Below, piece after piece: positions 19,827-28,860 of a stretch of 44,378 nt of DNA. How positions within the stretch are numbered: the stretch's first letter is position 1; every line of letters begins with the position of its first letter. Made by a program: the position numbers and the translations under genes. Below the pieces are notes generated by a model. The model searched no databases. It saw only the letters and a list, made by a program, of their open reading frames with translations, and had not been told where the DNA came from. Source of the stretch: a virus (Duplodnaviria; Caudoviricetes); IMG/VR virus record IMGVR_UViG_3300031841_001583, positions 1-44,378 of that record; one strand, given 5' to 3'.

Positions 19827-19867
19827 TCGCGTTCTCCGGGGGGTGTTCAGTTAGAGGGGGCGTGCCT

Positions 19868-19885
19868 TCTGGGGGTGGCCCCCCC
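19868..19885 (-). promoter_or_regulatory. Putative phage RNAP promoter (late), variant GGGGGGGCCACCCCCAGA
   Basis: One-mismatch copy of the repeated motif, in the intergenic gap ahead of the structural module. Confidence 0.65.
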
Positions 19886-19889
19886 TCTA

Positions 19890-19902
19890 AATCAATGACT
19901 TA
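19890..19902 (+). promoter_or_regulatory. IHF consensus site
   Basis: AATCAATGACTTA matches WATCAANNNNTTR; 4 bp from the promoter-like motif. Confidence 0.55.
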
Positions 19903-19922
19903 GAGAGGGAGCGTGAAGGTCT

Positions 19923-20708
19923 TTAGGCGAGCCAGAACGGCTGCCATAGGCGTATCTTCTTGGTCTTAAAGTTGTAGCTGGTGTCCCACAGGATGTGAGC
20001 CAGCCGTGCCTGAAGGATAGCGTCGTCCTCGTCCTGCCCCTTGGAGGCATAGGCTTCGAGTACGACATCCCAGAACTCATCAGGCTCTGCGTCCTCCATG
20101 AGGTAGGTCACGAAGTCAGACTTGGGGCCGATCCCCTTGACTCCGGGGTACCCGTCAGTCGGGTCGCCGCAGATAGTCTGGTACATGTGGAACCTGTTGG
20201 CATCCTCGACGCTGATGTCGATGACCTTGAGGTCCGGGTGGTTGGGGTTGTACAGCTTGCCCGGTACCGTCCGCATGTCCTTGTCCTCGGACACCATGAT
20301 GACCTCGTCGCCAGCATATCGACTACCCAAGAGGCTCGGGCGCAGGGCCAGTATGCCCATGCAGTCGTCAGCTTCCAGCCGGGGCCGGATGAAGGTGGGA
20401 TACTCACGGGCAAGGTACTCCTTCACCCACTGTAGCATCTCAGGTTTCTCCACACCCTTGCGGTTGGCCTTGTAGGTAGCATCCAGTTCCTTCCTGAAGT
20501 TATCCTTCGGGTCAGACAGGCAGACCACGGCACGTGAAGCGCCAGTCCTCTCGCAGTACTCAGCGATCAACTCCTCGGTCTGGGCAAGGCACTTGTCATG
20601 CTCAAGGACACGAGCAGAACCCGTGTCCCCGAAGTCATAGTCCTTTTGGTTGATGCAGGCTACCTTGTACGCCACGATGTCAGCGTCAAGCAGGATTGTC
20701 TTGTTCAT
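19923..20708 (-). CDS. 5'-3' exonuclease (gp6-like)
   Basis: LLDADIVAY, YKANR, LEADD, DKDM and GDPTDGYPGVKGIG motifs. Confidence 0.93.
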   Translation of the reverse strand: MNKTILLDADIVAYKVACINQKDYDFGDTGSARVLEHDKCLAQTEELIAEYCERTGASRAVVCLSDPKDNFRKELDATYKANRKGVEKPEMLQWVKEYLAREYPTFIRPRLEADDCMGILALRPSLLGSRYAGDEVIMVSEDKDMRTVPGKLYNPNHPDLKVIDISVEDANRFHMYQTICGDPTDGYPGVKGIGPKSDFVTYLMEDAEPDEFWDVVLEAYASKGQDEDDAILQARLAHILWDTSYNFKTKKIRLWQPFWLA

Positions 20709-21130
20709 TTGATCTCCTCGATGACGTTGGTGCCCTTGTTCACATCACGTCGCCATAGTCTCAGGCCGAAAGTGGCGAGATAGACACTCGCAACTACGAC
20801 ACGGTACCATACTGGGGTTGACTCCAGCACAACAAATCCCTGCTGCACGTACCCGACAGTGGCCGGAATAAAGGACAGAACCATTGGGATAGACAATACG
20901 ACCAGCACCCACTCGTCTTTCCATCCCGAGTTCTTGATGCTCTCCATCTCCCACTGGTGGTCGTACCCCTCGCTCTCGCTGGCCCGCTGGCTCTTGGCCC
21001 TCTCGTACTCGGCCTTGCCCTTCAGTCGTTCCAGTTCGATGTTCGCTTTCAGGGTACGCTTCGCTGTCTGATAGTTCAGCACAGCCTCGACGGTCTGACC
21101 CGTGAGTGTTGCTATGATTTTCGCCCACAT
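20705..21130 (-). CDS. Membrane protein, holin-like (WKDEW-type)
   Basis: Coiled N-terminus, SGWKDEW motif, then 2 transmembrane segments. Confidence 0.55.
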   Translation of the reverse strand: MWAKIIATLTGQTVEAVLNYQTAKRTLKANIELERLKGKAEYERAKSQRASESEGYDHQWEMESIKNSGWKDEWVLVVLSIPMVLSFIPATVGYVQQGFVVLESTPVWYRVVVASVYLATFGLRLWRRDVNKGTNVIEEIK

Positions 21131-21612
21131 TATAGGACCTCTCTGAGTTGATTGATTTCGTGACTTGCTTCGTCACTCGTAACCTTGAACCACTCGCCGC
21201 GCATGCGTAAGCGATCAAGTCGTGCGTGTATCTCAAGCTCTGCCGTGTGGCAGTCGTGGAAGTACACCGCATACTCCAGCCTGTAGCCACGGAAGGGGCA
21301 CCCTGTCTGGTACCCCCTGAGCCGTGACTCCGGGTTGAACGCTCGGCCTATCTTCACGAATCCGGGGAACGCCGACTTGTTGGTGATGACGTACACGAAC
21401 CCCTGCTTGTTGGTCTTCTCTGCTTCGACAGCCGTGGGTATGTCCTTGCCCAGCTCGTGCAGCTGCTTGGCCACCGTCCGTACATCAATGCGGTCCTGTT
21501 TGTTGAGCGCATCGTATGCCTTCCTGCTCCCTGCGATACCGTATGAGAGACGCTTGATCGCGTTGTTCCACGTGTAGTACTCACGTCTCTCGACCGGGTC
21601 CTTGGTCTGCAT
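21130..21612 (-). CDS. GIY-YIG-like T5orf172/MUG113-domain protein
   Basis: GFVYVI...VKIGRA..PESRL..YQTG...ELEIH....RGEWF pattern. Start uncertain (ATG 21612 chosen). Confidence 0.8.
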   Translation of the reverse strand: MQTKDPVERREYYTWNNAIKRLSYGIAGSRKAYDALNKQDRIDVRTVAKQLHELGKDIPTAVEAEKTNKQGFVYVITNKSAFPGFVKIGRAFNPESRLRGYQTGCPFRGYRLEYAVYFHDCHTAELEIHARLDRLRMRGEWFKVTSDEASHEINQLREVL

Positions 21613-21631
21613 CCCGCCGATCCCCTGATAC

Positions 21632-23632
21632 CTAATGGGTTTCGTTCCAAGTTGCTCCGACCTGATAGTCTCCTGCAAGCGGGCACCTGAGTCCGAAGTA
21701 TTCTCCTGCTTCGGTGATAGCCTGTGCTGCAATCCGTCCAACATCTCCTGCTTCCTCCTTCGTGCAATCAAGTTGCACCTCATCGTGTACGTTAAGTAGT
21801 GGACGCACATCCTTCCTCTCCTCTCTGAATTTCTTGAACATCACAACCAGTGCCCGCTTCATCACGAGCGCCCCTGCTCCTTGGCACAGGAAGTTGAGGG
21901 CTGAGTGCTTGGCCCGCACAGGCACCTGCCTGCGGTCGAGTCCATGTAGGAACCCTCGCTCTGCTGCACCGTGGACTGTCTCGACAAGTCGCTTGAATGC
22001 AGGGAGGGAGGACATAAGCCTTGCACGTGATCGACGGCCAATAGCCGTGATCTTAGAACGACGGCGCTGTCCGGGTGGGAACGCCTTGTAGAACTTGGCG
22101 AGCTTGTCGGCATCCCATTCGGACATGACGACGGTGCCGAGCTTGAAGTCTGCCGCCCCGTAGATGAACGCATAGAACCACGTCTTCGCAGTGTCTCGTT
22201 CAACCAGCCCAACTGCATCGCGGTTGCGCGAGTGCATATCTGTACCGTCCTCCTTACACCCGTCCAAGACAGTAGCCACGTAAGCGCCTCCGTCGAACTT
22301 GGCGAGGAAGTGAGCGAGGATACGTAGCTCAAGAGCGTCCGCATCACAACCAACGATAACCCTATCGGGATCAGCAACAAACAAAGACCTGCACTCAGCA
22401 CCGTAAGGCTTGCGAGACTGAGGTACTTGAGCAAGGTTAGGGCCGAAGTGAGACATGCGTCCCGTGCCCGTACCCAGTTGATCGACCCTTCCATATATCC
22501 TCCCGTCCTTCTTGACAGCCTTGAGCCACGCTTGTGCGCCCTCGGCCAGTTGAGACAGCCGCTTCTGGACTGTCATAAATTCCGAGATCGTTTGTGTCTC
22601 GGGGAATGGGATCGAGCCGAGTGTCTCCTCGTCAATCTTGGCGCGTCCCTCTTTGGTCAGCTCGGTAGGCTCCCAGTCGTACTTCCAGCGCAGTCGGTTC
22701 TCGATCTGCACACGTGAGCCGGGGTTGAACTCGACCATCACGATGGGCTGATGCTCACCTGATGTATGACACCACCACCCGAGCTTGCCCTTGTGTATGG
22801 TCGTGCCTCGTGGGTCTGCCTTGAAGCGCCGGAAAGGGTTGGCCGGGTTCTTGCGCTTGCCATCCTTCTTGTAGAAGGGAGCGAAACTCTCGCGTGCCTT
22901 AAGTTCCAGCTCGTGCTGCTTGGAGTACAGCGAGCGAGCCAGTTCCTCGGCGGCTGATGAGTCGAACCGTATGCCAACCCTCTCCTGCCACTTGATGATC
23001 TCGGCAGTGTGAAGCTCAAGCTCAACTGCCACCGGGCAGTCGACCAGCTTCTTCTCTTGGAACTCGATCACGTCCACGTTGGTACGCACGTCATCCATGC
23101 AGTACTCATCCATCTCCTGTGTGAACGGCATCGTCTTCCATGTGTGTCCGTAGTTCTTCGGGTCGAAGTCTGCCTTCTGATGTCGGCCTACCCGTATGCC
23201 CCACGACTTGAGCGTGTTAGCCCCAGCTCTGAATGACTTCTCGAACTTGCCCTTACGTATGTTGGCGAAGTCGTGGTCCTTCAGGTTGGGCACGGCCAGC
23301 TTACCCAGCACCTGACTGTCGAAGCCGATGGGGTTCAGCCCTGCATCTGGGTACAGGTACGTGATGGCCGGGATGTCATACCCGATGATGTTGTGTCCAC
23401 CTGTCCCGTCACCTCGCAGCCACTCAAGGGCAGCCTCGATGTCACCGTCACGTGGTGTGGGGGTGGTCGTGTAGTTACCGTTCAGGTCCTGATAGAACGG
23501 GTGGTCTGTGAATCGTAACTCGCGACCTGTGCGGCGGTCTATTCCGTTGATGCAGTGTAACTTCGTGATGACTTGGTCGGCATCAGTCTGTCCCTGCAAG
23601 AGTCCGTCTGACTCAATGTCGAATACTCTCAC
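21632..23632 (-). CDS. DNA polymerase family A with 3'-5' exonuclease (gp5-like)
   Basis: Exonuclease DIESDG and GHNIIGYD; motif A DADALELR; motif B AKTWFYAFIYGA (Tyr at the T7 Y526-equivalent site); motif C VHDE. Confidence 0.96.
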   Translation of the reverse strand: MRVFDIESDGLLQGQTDADQVITKLHCINGIDRRTGRELRFTDHPFYQDLNGNYTTTPTPRDGDIEAALEWLRGDGTGGHNIIGYDIPAITYLYPDAGLNPIGFDSQVLGKLAVPNLKDHDFANIRKGKFEKSFRAGANTLKSWGIRVGRHQKADFDPKNYGHTWKTMPFTQEMDEYCMDDVRTNVDVIEFQEKKLVDCPVAVELELHTAEIIKWQERVGIRFDSSAAEELARSLYSKQHELELKARESFAPFYKKDGKRKNPANPFRRFKADPRGTTIHKGKLGWWCHTSGEHQPIVMVEFNPGSRVQIENRLRWKYDWEPTELTKEGRAKIDEETLGSIPFPETQTISEFMTVQKRLSQLAEGAQAWLKAVKKDGRIYGRVDQLGTGTGRMSHFGPNLAQVPQSRKPYGAECRSLFVADPDRVIVGCDADALELRILAHFLAKFDGGAYVATVLDGCKEDGTDMHSRNRDAVGLVERDTAKTWFYAFIYGAADFKLGTVVMSEWDADKLAKFYKAFPPGQRRRSKITAIGRRSRARLMSSLPAFKRLVETVHGAAERGFLHGLDRRQVPVRAKHSALNFLCQGAGALVMKRALVVMFKKFREERKDVRPLLNVHDEVQLDCTKEEAGDVGRIAAQAITEAGEYFGLRCPLAGDYQVGATWNETH

Positions 23633-23854
23633 TTACTTTCTCCTGTTGTTGAGCCACGAAAACGTACGCCGGAAGATGTATGAGCGGGTGTAGGAGACTG
23701 CCACGAAAGCAGCAGTCATCCCGAAGTTGTCCATGATCGTGACCTCGTACCCGTAGGCCGGGTAGATCACGAGCTGTCCAATCACCACACTTATACCCCA
23801 TCCGAGGAACGCATTAGCAGCTGCTTCAATCGCTGACTGTGTCCTCGTCTGCAC
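23633..23854 (-). CDS. Small two-TM membrane protein (73 aa)
   Basis: GTG start with AAGGAG SD; QSAIEAAAN...RSYIFRRTF. Confidence 0.7.
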   Translation of the reverse strand: MQTRTQSAIEAAANAFLGWGISVVIGQLVIYPAYGYEVTIMDNFGMTAAFVAVSYTRSYIFRRTFSWLNNRRK

Positions 23855-24137
23855 GTTCGATCTCCTTCTGAAGGTTGGCCAGCGCACGCCACGCAACCTT
23901 CGCGCTGTGCCTGATACCATCCGTGTCCACGGTACCTGCCTCCATGAGGTGCCGGGTGAGCGCATCAAGCTCGTCGCCTGACTTGCCACGATCCCAGTGC
24001 AGAGGTGCGCCGGGGTTGTGTTGGTCGTTGCCCTTCTTGCTACATGCTGCCACCTCAGCCAGCGCATCAGGAAAGTACCTGAGTACGCCGCTGTAGATGG
24101 GCACGTTCTTGCGGGCACGTGCATCAGTCGGCAGCAT
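23826..24137 (-). CDS. dATP/dGTP diphosphohydrolase-like protein (DUF5664-like)
   Basis: FPDALAEVA..S..GNDQHNPG..LHW and H.AKVAWRALA motifs; GGAGG SD. Confidence 0.7.
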   Translation of the reverse strand: MLPTDARARKNVPIYSGVLRYFPDALAEVAACSKKGNDQHNPGAPLHWDRGKSGDELDALTRHLMEAGTVDTDGIRHSAKVAWRALANLQKEIERADEDTVSD

Positions 24138-24309
24138 CGTCGAGTACCTCCTGCATGTCAGCAATCTCTTGCTTCAACCGCTTGACCTGCGAGTTCTCGG
24201 TACGTACCATCGCACGGTAGTCCTTCGCCTCCTGTTGGTGGTACGCGAGGCTGACCTGCTTCGCCTCGATCTTCTCTTGCAGTATCTTAATCACTGTCTC
24301 GTTCATCAA
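24124..24309 (-). CDS. Hypothetical coiled-coil protein
   Basis: 61 aa, overlaps both neighbours. Confidence 0.6.
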   Translation of the reverse strand: MMNETVIKILQEKIEAKQVSLAYHQQEAKDYRAMVRTENSQVKRLKQEIADMQEVLDDAAD

Positions 24310-25937
24310 TACTCTCCATCCAATTCCACTTTGAATCCGTGTGCTTTGCCTGACTTGCCTTCAGGTATCGGACATTCTTCAAGCACCCCCGTTGCGGTGT
24401 CGTACCGTAGTCCAAACCGCAACCCCGCTGCGTCACCTGTGTAACGGTCCTTAAGCACACGGAACACTGTAACTCCTTCTTCATCTTGCTTGTCCCTCTC
24501 GATCCCGAACAGGAAGTGCGACCAGTAGGCAATGGAACGTGAGCCTCGGAACTGTTTCTCCAAGACACGCCCGCCTTCCTCGTGCGCCTTGCCCTCGGGT
24601 GTGGTCAGGTGCGACACGTAGTAGATGGTACACTCCAGCTCCTGACACAGGGAGGACAGCTCGGCCATGATTGCGTCGATAGCCTTGCGTTCATCCGTGT
24701 CGATAGCTGCGGCCAGTGCAGTCAGGTGGTCAAGGAAGATGTCCTTCACACCCAGCGCACGTACCATGTACCTGATCTTCTGCTTGATGACATCGAACGA
24801 CATCGAGCCGAAGTGATCGTACAAGAACACACGTCCACCCAATGCCTCCAAGGTATCTCGCAGCTCCTGCCTGTCGTACTCCACGTTGGGCACATGCACA
24901 CGCTTGCCCATCATCATGCCTGCTATCGTCTTCGCCGTCATGCTCGGTGGTTCTTCAAGCATGATGAGTCCAACGGGCAGGTTCTCTGTCTCGATGATGT
25001 GCTTCGCGATCTGCTTGAACACCGTCGACTTACCGCAGCCTGTGCCTCCACCGAACCCATACAGCTCACCGATGCGGCGGCCATACGTACGCTCAGTCAG
25101 GGAAGCCCAAGGCCACGGTCTGCCAACCTCTATGTCCTGACATGCCTTGTCAGTCACGTCGCTGATGTCGATGACACCATCCGGTCGGTACGCCTTCGCG
25201 TTCCACATGGCATCAATCACATCCTTGCCCTTGCCCTGTAGCATGCACTCGTTCGCATCCTTCAGTGGCAGGCTGGCAATGAATGCCTTGCCCGGTGACA
25301 GCATGGCAGCACACTCGCTCGCAGCTGTACGACCCGGCTCATCCATGTCGAACATGAAGATGACCTTGTCGAACGATTCCAACCACTCGCTTGCCTTCGC
25401 TACACTCTTGGCCGCACCCTGCGCACCGTTGGGCACGCTGACCACAGGCCACTTGTTGTTCTGCAACATGCTCACTGTGAGTGCGTCGATCTCTCCCTCC
25501 GTGATGACGACCATGCGGCCACCGTCACGCCAGAGATGCTGACCGAATAGCTCGGCCTTCTTCGGCTCACCTGCGAACATGAAGTTCTTCTTCGCATCGC
25601 GTATCTTCTGCGCTACGACCTTGCCGTTGCTGTCGCAGTAGTTCGCGACGTGTACTGGTACGCCCTTGACCTCGCCAATGCCGTACTTGAAATGCTTGCA
25701 TGTCTCCTCGTTGATCTTGCGTTTGAGTAGCGGCCTGATCTCGAACTCGACCAGACTCTTTGCCTTGGACGGGGCACTGCGAGGGGCAGCTGGTGTGCTA
25801 CCCTCCGCATGCTCCGTGTGTCCACACGCAAAGCAGTACGCTCCTCCGTCGTCGTAACGTGCGAGGTTGTCCCCGCTGTCGTCACCACCGTTCTCCCTGC
25901 ACTTAGGGCAAGGTTCTTTAGCGACTGCGTTTCCCAC
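24306..25937 (-). CDS. Primase-helicase (gp4-like)
   Basis: Zn finger CPKC...CFAC, TOPRIM TEGEID and FDMD, Walker A GGTGCGKS, LDHL and RGS motifs. GTG start at 25937 (GAGGAG SD). Confidence 0.96.
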   Translation of the reverse strand: MGNAVAKEPCPKCRENGGDDSGDNLARYDDGGAYCFACGHTEHAEGSTPAAPRSAPSKAKSLVEFEIRPLLKRKINEETCKHFKYGIGEVKGVPVHVANYCDSNGKVVAQKIRDAKKNFMFAGEPKKAELFGQHLWRDGGRMVVITEGEIDALTVSMLQNNKWPVVSVPNGAQGAAKSVAKASEWLESFDKVIFMFDMDEPGRTAASECAAMLSPGKAFIASLPLKDANECMLQGKGKDVIDAMWNAKAYRPDGVIDISDVTDKACQDIEVGRPWPWASLTERTYGRRIGELYGFGGGTGCGKSTVFKQIAKHIIETENLPVGLIMLEEPPSMTAKTIAGMMMGKRVHVPNVEYDRQELRDTLEALGGRVFLYDHFGSMSFDVIKQKIRYMVRALGVKDIFLDHLTALAAAIDTDERKAIDAIMAELSSLCQELECTIYYVSHLTTPEGKAHEEGGRVLEKQFRGSRSIAYWSHFLFGIERDKQDEEGVTVFRVLKDRYTGDAAGLRFGLRYDTATGVLEECPIPEGKSGKAHGFKVELDGEY

Positions 25938-26067
25938 GTGACACTCCTCTCGCGTTGGTGGTCCATCCACCGTATGCTTTCTGCTTCTGCTTCATGGCCC
26001 GCTTGATTGCGGGGACGAGTGGGTGCGTGGGGTTAGCCAATACAGCACCCAAGAACGCCGACCTCAT
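25918..26067 (-). CDS. Hypothetical basic protein (49 aa)
   Basis: ATGA overlap with the upstream gene; fills the gap. Confidence 0.4.
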   Translation of the reverse strand: MRSAFLGAVLANPTHPLVPAIKRAMKQKQKAYGGWTTNARGVSRGKRSR

Positions 26068-26372
26068 CGCGCCAGCAACCCGGACAGTGCTTGCGCACGT
26101 TGCAACATCTTGATGCTGCGGTTCATCAGGGTTGATGCGGCATGCTGTACCTCTGCCTTCGAGGCGTAGCGTGCCAGCTTGTAACCCTCGGTCGTACCAA
26201 TAGCGAGGCACGGGTAAGCGTTACAAATCTGTCGGGTCTTCACACCTGACAGGCCAGTCGCGTGAGTGATCTCGGACTGTGTCACGTACCGTGTCTGCGT
26301 GAGCAGGTAGTCCCGAAGGATTGCGTACTCAGCGTACAGGTCCAGTGCTTTCAGTTGTCTTGCTGTGTTCAT
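26064..26372 (-). CDS. Hypothetical, possible winged-helix DNA-binding protein (102 aa)
   Basis: GAGGAG SD; TQSEITHATGLSGVKTRQI looks like an HTH segment. Confidence 0.6.
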   Translation of the reverse strand: MNTARQLKALDLYAEYAILRDYLLTQTRYVTQSEITHATGLSGVKTRQICNAYPCLAIGTTEGYKLARYASKAEVQHAASTLMNRSIKMLQRAQALSGLLAR

Positions 26373-26397
26373 GTTTCTCTCCTCAAGAAATGTTTCA

Positions 26398-26847
26398 TCA
26401 GTTCTGGGGTTGGCCCCCCACTTTGCTCCACCATTCCAGAACATCGAATGATGGGCACGCCTTGTTCACATTGGGCATGTCCCTGTGTCCCAGCACAGTA
26501 GCGTCCGGGTATAGGTTGCGCAGGTCCTTGACCAATGATTCGAGTGCCTTCCATTGAAAGGCAGTGTAGTTACTCTCGGGTGTCTTCCCGTTAGATTCCA
26601 CCCCACCAACCATGCAGATGCCGAGGCTGATGTGGTTGAAACCACGCACGTGTGCGCCGGGTACATCGTGAGGTCGACCCTTCTGTACTTCCCCGTCCCG
26701 AGTTATCACAAAGTGGTAGCCGACATCCATCCATCCTTTCTGCCTGTGCCACCTCCGTATGTCCTCGACTGTGAAGTTCTGGTCTTCCTTCGTTGCTGAA
26801 CAATGGATCACGATGTACTCCACTGCCTTCAGCTTCTTCCAGTTCAT
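26398..26847 (-). CDS. N-acetylmuramoyl-L-alanine amidase (T7 lysozyme gp3.5-like)
   Basis: IVIHCSAT, GYHFVI, GAHVRG, GHRD and KACPSF motifs. Confidence 0.96.
   Translation of the reverse strand: MNWKKLKAVEYIVIHCSATKEDQNFTVEDIRRWHRQKGWMDVGYHFVITRDGEVQKGRPHDVPGAHVRGFNHISLGICMVGGVESNGKTPESNYTAFQWKALESLVKDLRNLYPDATVLGHRDMPNVNKACPSFDVLEWWSKVGGQPQN
26403..26419 (-). promoter_or_regulatory. Putative phage RNAP promoter in the 3' end of the amidase gene
   Basis: GGGGGGCCAACCCCAGA; precedes the primase/polymerase cluster. Confidence 0.65.
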
Positions 26848-27269
26848 ATTGTTTCAACTCTAATCCTTGTATGTGGTTGCTCGCCCGGTGAGGGCCAGCG
26901 TTTCAGGGCGTACAGCTCAGTGATCTGGTCGTCATCCACCCAGTACATCTTGAAGTGTGGTTTCTTCCCGGTGATCGCATCGAGTACTGCCTTGCAGTGG
27001 TTGTCGATGTCGCCCAATGGCACTGTACGTTTGGTTGTCTTCGGTTTGTTGCACACGAATTCAATCGTGGCCTTGAGTGCGCCTGTTAGCACGGGCTGAC
27101 GTGACTCGGGTATTGCCTGTTCCGCGAGTTCACGGTACGCCTTGTATGTCTTGCCGTAGTACGCACCCCACTTGGTGACACGTGGTCGTGAGGCAGGTGT
27201 GGGTGGGAAGGGTAAGACAATCTCGAAAGACTGCTTACCCCTCCACGTCACGTTAGAATTCTTCGCCAT
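26844..27269 (-). CDS. rusA: RusA-family Holliday junction resolvase
   Basis: P.PASRPR, DIDNHCKAVLDAI and W.DDDQI catalytic motifs. Confidence 0.88.
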   Translation of the reverse strand: MAKNSNVTWRGKQSFEIVLPFPPTPASRPRVTKWGAYYGKTYKAYRELAEQAIPESRQPVLTGALKATIEFVCNKPKTTKRTVPLGDIDNHCKAVLDAITGKKPHFKMYWVDDDQITELYALKRWPSPGEQPHTRIRVETI

Positions 27270-27891
27270 CCTCATCCGACTCAGGCGTGAACCCTTCAGC
27301 ACTGGCCTCAGATACGAACGCATCCTCCTCCGCACCGAACCCGAAGTCATCAGCTGATGCACCACCACCCTGCACGAGCTTCAGAATCTGTACTGCCTGA
27401 CACCTGAGTGACAGACCGAACGACTTCGTAGTCTCCATGTAGTAGGGGAACACCTCGGCGCTGATCTTCGCCTCCGTCCCAGTCCACGGGTTCACGTCGC
27501 CCGTTACAGGCTGCGCGTTGCCGTCGAACAGCCGAGGTTTCTGATCCCACGACTTGTTCTTCGTCGTGACCTTCGCCTTCAGCTTGAACTTGAAGATGAT
27601 GCGGCCAGTCTCCTCGCCCTCGTCATCCACTTCCTCCTCGTACAGGTCAGCACGCAGTGCCTTCTTCAGCTTGGCTGCGTTCAACTCGTCCGGGTTCTCC
27701 TCGATGTATGCTTCCATGATCTCATCGAGCCTGTTGGTGAGGACTGCTGCTTCCTCACTGTCTGCCTGCAATGCGAACTTCGTGTGGTACTCGCCGTCTG
27801 GCTTTACGAACTTCGTGTCAGGTTCAACCAAGTGTGGGTACACAAGGACACCACGAGGTGTGGTGATTTTGGGGTAGCTACGTTTAGCCAT
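27253..27891 (-). CDS. ssDNA-binding protein (gp2.5-like)
   Basis: TPRG...YPHL..PD and GLSLRCQAVQI motifs; acidic tail ending in Phe. Confidence 0.93.
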   Translation of the reverse strand: MAKRSYPKITTPRGVLVYPHLVEPDTKFVKPDGEYHTKFALQADSEEAAVLTNRLDEIMEAYIEENPDELNAAKLKKALRADLYEEEVDDEGEETGRIIFKFKLKAKVTTKNKSWDQKPRLFDGNAQPVTGDVNPWTGTEAKISAEVFPYYMETTKSFGLSLRCQAVQILKLVQGGGASADDFGFGAEEDAFVSEASAEGFTPESDEDGEEF

Positions 27892-28027
27892 TGTCAAGTT
27901 CTCCTGCCAGTTGTGCCAACACAATGTCAGCGTCGTATCCCTCGTTGTTGAGGGCCATGTAAGTGTCGGATGAGATCGTTCCCATCTCGGCGTACTCGTG
28001 TCGTGCTACTTCAAAGACGGTCATCAT
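27884..28027 (-). CDS. Hypothetical protein (47 aa)
   Basis: Manual translation MMTVFEVARHEYAEMG...; GGAGG SD; overlaps both neighbours. Confidence 0.6.
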   Translation of the reverse strand: MMTVFEVARHEYAEMGTISSDTYMALNNEGYDADIVLAQLAGELDNG

Positions 28028-28299
28028 AATCTCCCTCCGATTTCCGCTTGTGCGTACGCTCGTAGCGCACTGAATGTGGACGTGAAGTTACCATCGAGGT
28101 CGTTCTTCATTATCTCCACGGTGTTGAGCAGGTCCTTGATGTCGATGTCCAGTGCCTCGCATGTAGCTACGAGTGCCATCGCAATGGCTTGCACCTGCAC
28201 CTCGGGTCTGTCCTGCGTACGGCTAATCACCTGATACATTGCCTCTCGCATTGCGCTCGGGTGTGTCGCCGCCATACCTATCAGTCTGTCTCTGTTCAT
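28024..28299 (-). CDS. Hypothetical protein, gp1.6-like
   Basis: 91 aa, helical; first gene after a promoter-like motif; GAGG SD. Confidence 0.6.
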   Translation of the reverse strand: MNRDRLIGMAATHPSAMREAMYQVISRTQDRPEVQVQAIAMALVATCEALDIDIKDLLNTVEIMKNDLDGNFTSTFSALRAYAQAEIGGRL

Positions 28300-28313
28300 T
28301 TGGTTTCCTCTGT

Positions 28314-28331
28314 TCTGGGGTTGGCCCCCCC
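28314..28331 (-). promoter_or_regulatory. Putative phage RNAP promoter (middle genes)
   Basis: GGGGGGGCCAACCCCAGA directly followed by SD and ATG. Confidence 0.7.
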
Positions 28332-28418
28332 TTCAAATCGAATGGTGCATGGGGCTGCCACGTGCCCTCCTGCATCCGTGCGGTGCATGCGTTGTACACC
28401 TGTAGCCACGTGAGTCCT

Positions 28419-28574
28419 TCAGTCGACGAACTCATTCCAGATGGCTCCCATCCCGAGGCACAGTATCCCTACCAGCCCCGAGATCACGCCAACCTCCGTG
28501 CCTCCGGCGGTGAGCGCGATGGCCCACCACCCTGCGCCTGATGCAACCCACGCATATACCTGCCACTTCTTCAT
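28419..28574 (-). CDS. Small membrane protein (51 aa)
   Basis: MKKWQVYAW...; two hydrophobic segments; ATGA coupling. Confidence 0.55.
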   Translation of the reverse strand: MKKWQVYAWVASGAGWWAIALTAGGTEVGVISGLVGILCLGMGAIWNEFVD

Positions 28575-28744
28575 GCGATGCGTGCCCCCTTGTAGAAGAC
28601 ACCCCCCTCGTGCGTGGTGAGGGTAGCGGACACAGCACGCTCCTGTACCCAACGCTTGACCTCGACCTTGCCGTCCTCGCCCTTGATCTTGGCGAAGTTG
28701 TCGGTGGTGTACGTGTTCTTGGTGTTCATCGTTTGGTTCTTCAT
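28571..28744 (-). CDS. Hypothetical protein (57 aa)
   Basis: Manual translation MKNQTMNTKNTY...; ATGA overlaps at both ends. Confidence 0.55.
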   Translation of the reverse strand: MKNQTMNTKNTYTTDNFAKIKGEDGKVEVKRWVQERAVSATLTTHEGGVFYKGARIA

Positions 28745-28860
28745 GTCAGTTCCCTCGTGTTGATTGCAATTTCTTCCAGTGCTGCGGCGCTCGCCTTCTG
28801 CGCTTCAGCTATTTGTGCCAGCAGTGCCAGCATGTATTCGATCTGTTCATTTGTTTGCAT
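28741..28860 (-). CDS. Hypothetical protein (39 aa)
   Basis: MQTNEQIEYMLALL...; coupled to the next gene. Confidence 0.45.
   Translation of the reverse strand: MQTNEQIEYMLALLAQIAEAQKASAAALEEIAINTRELT

Noticed and set aside
21632-24137. Z-genome (2-aminoadenine) or other hypermodification system
   Set aside because: No PurZ or other modification enzymes recognised; the polymerase looks like an ordinary T7-type enzyme.
26392-26401. Minus-strand CTGATGAAAC after the amidase gene as a sixth hammerhead
   Set aside because: CUGAUGA and GAAA overlap, leaving no stem II, and I found no stem I/III or cleavage triplet. The TGA is simply the amidase stop.
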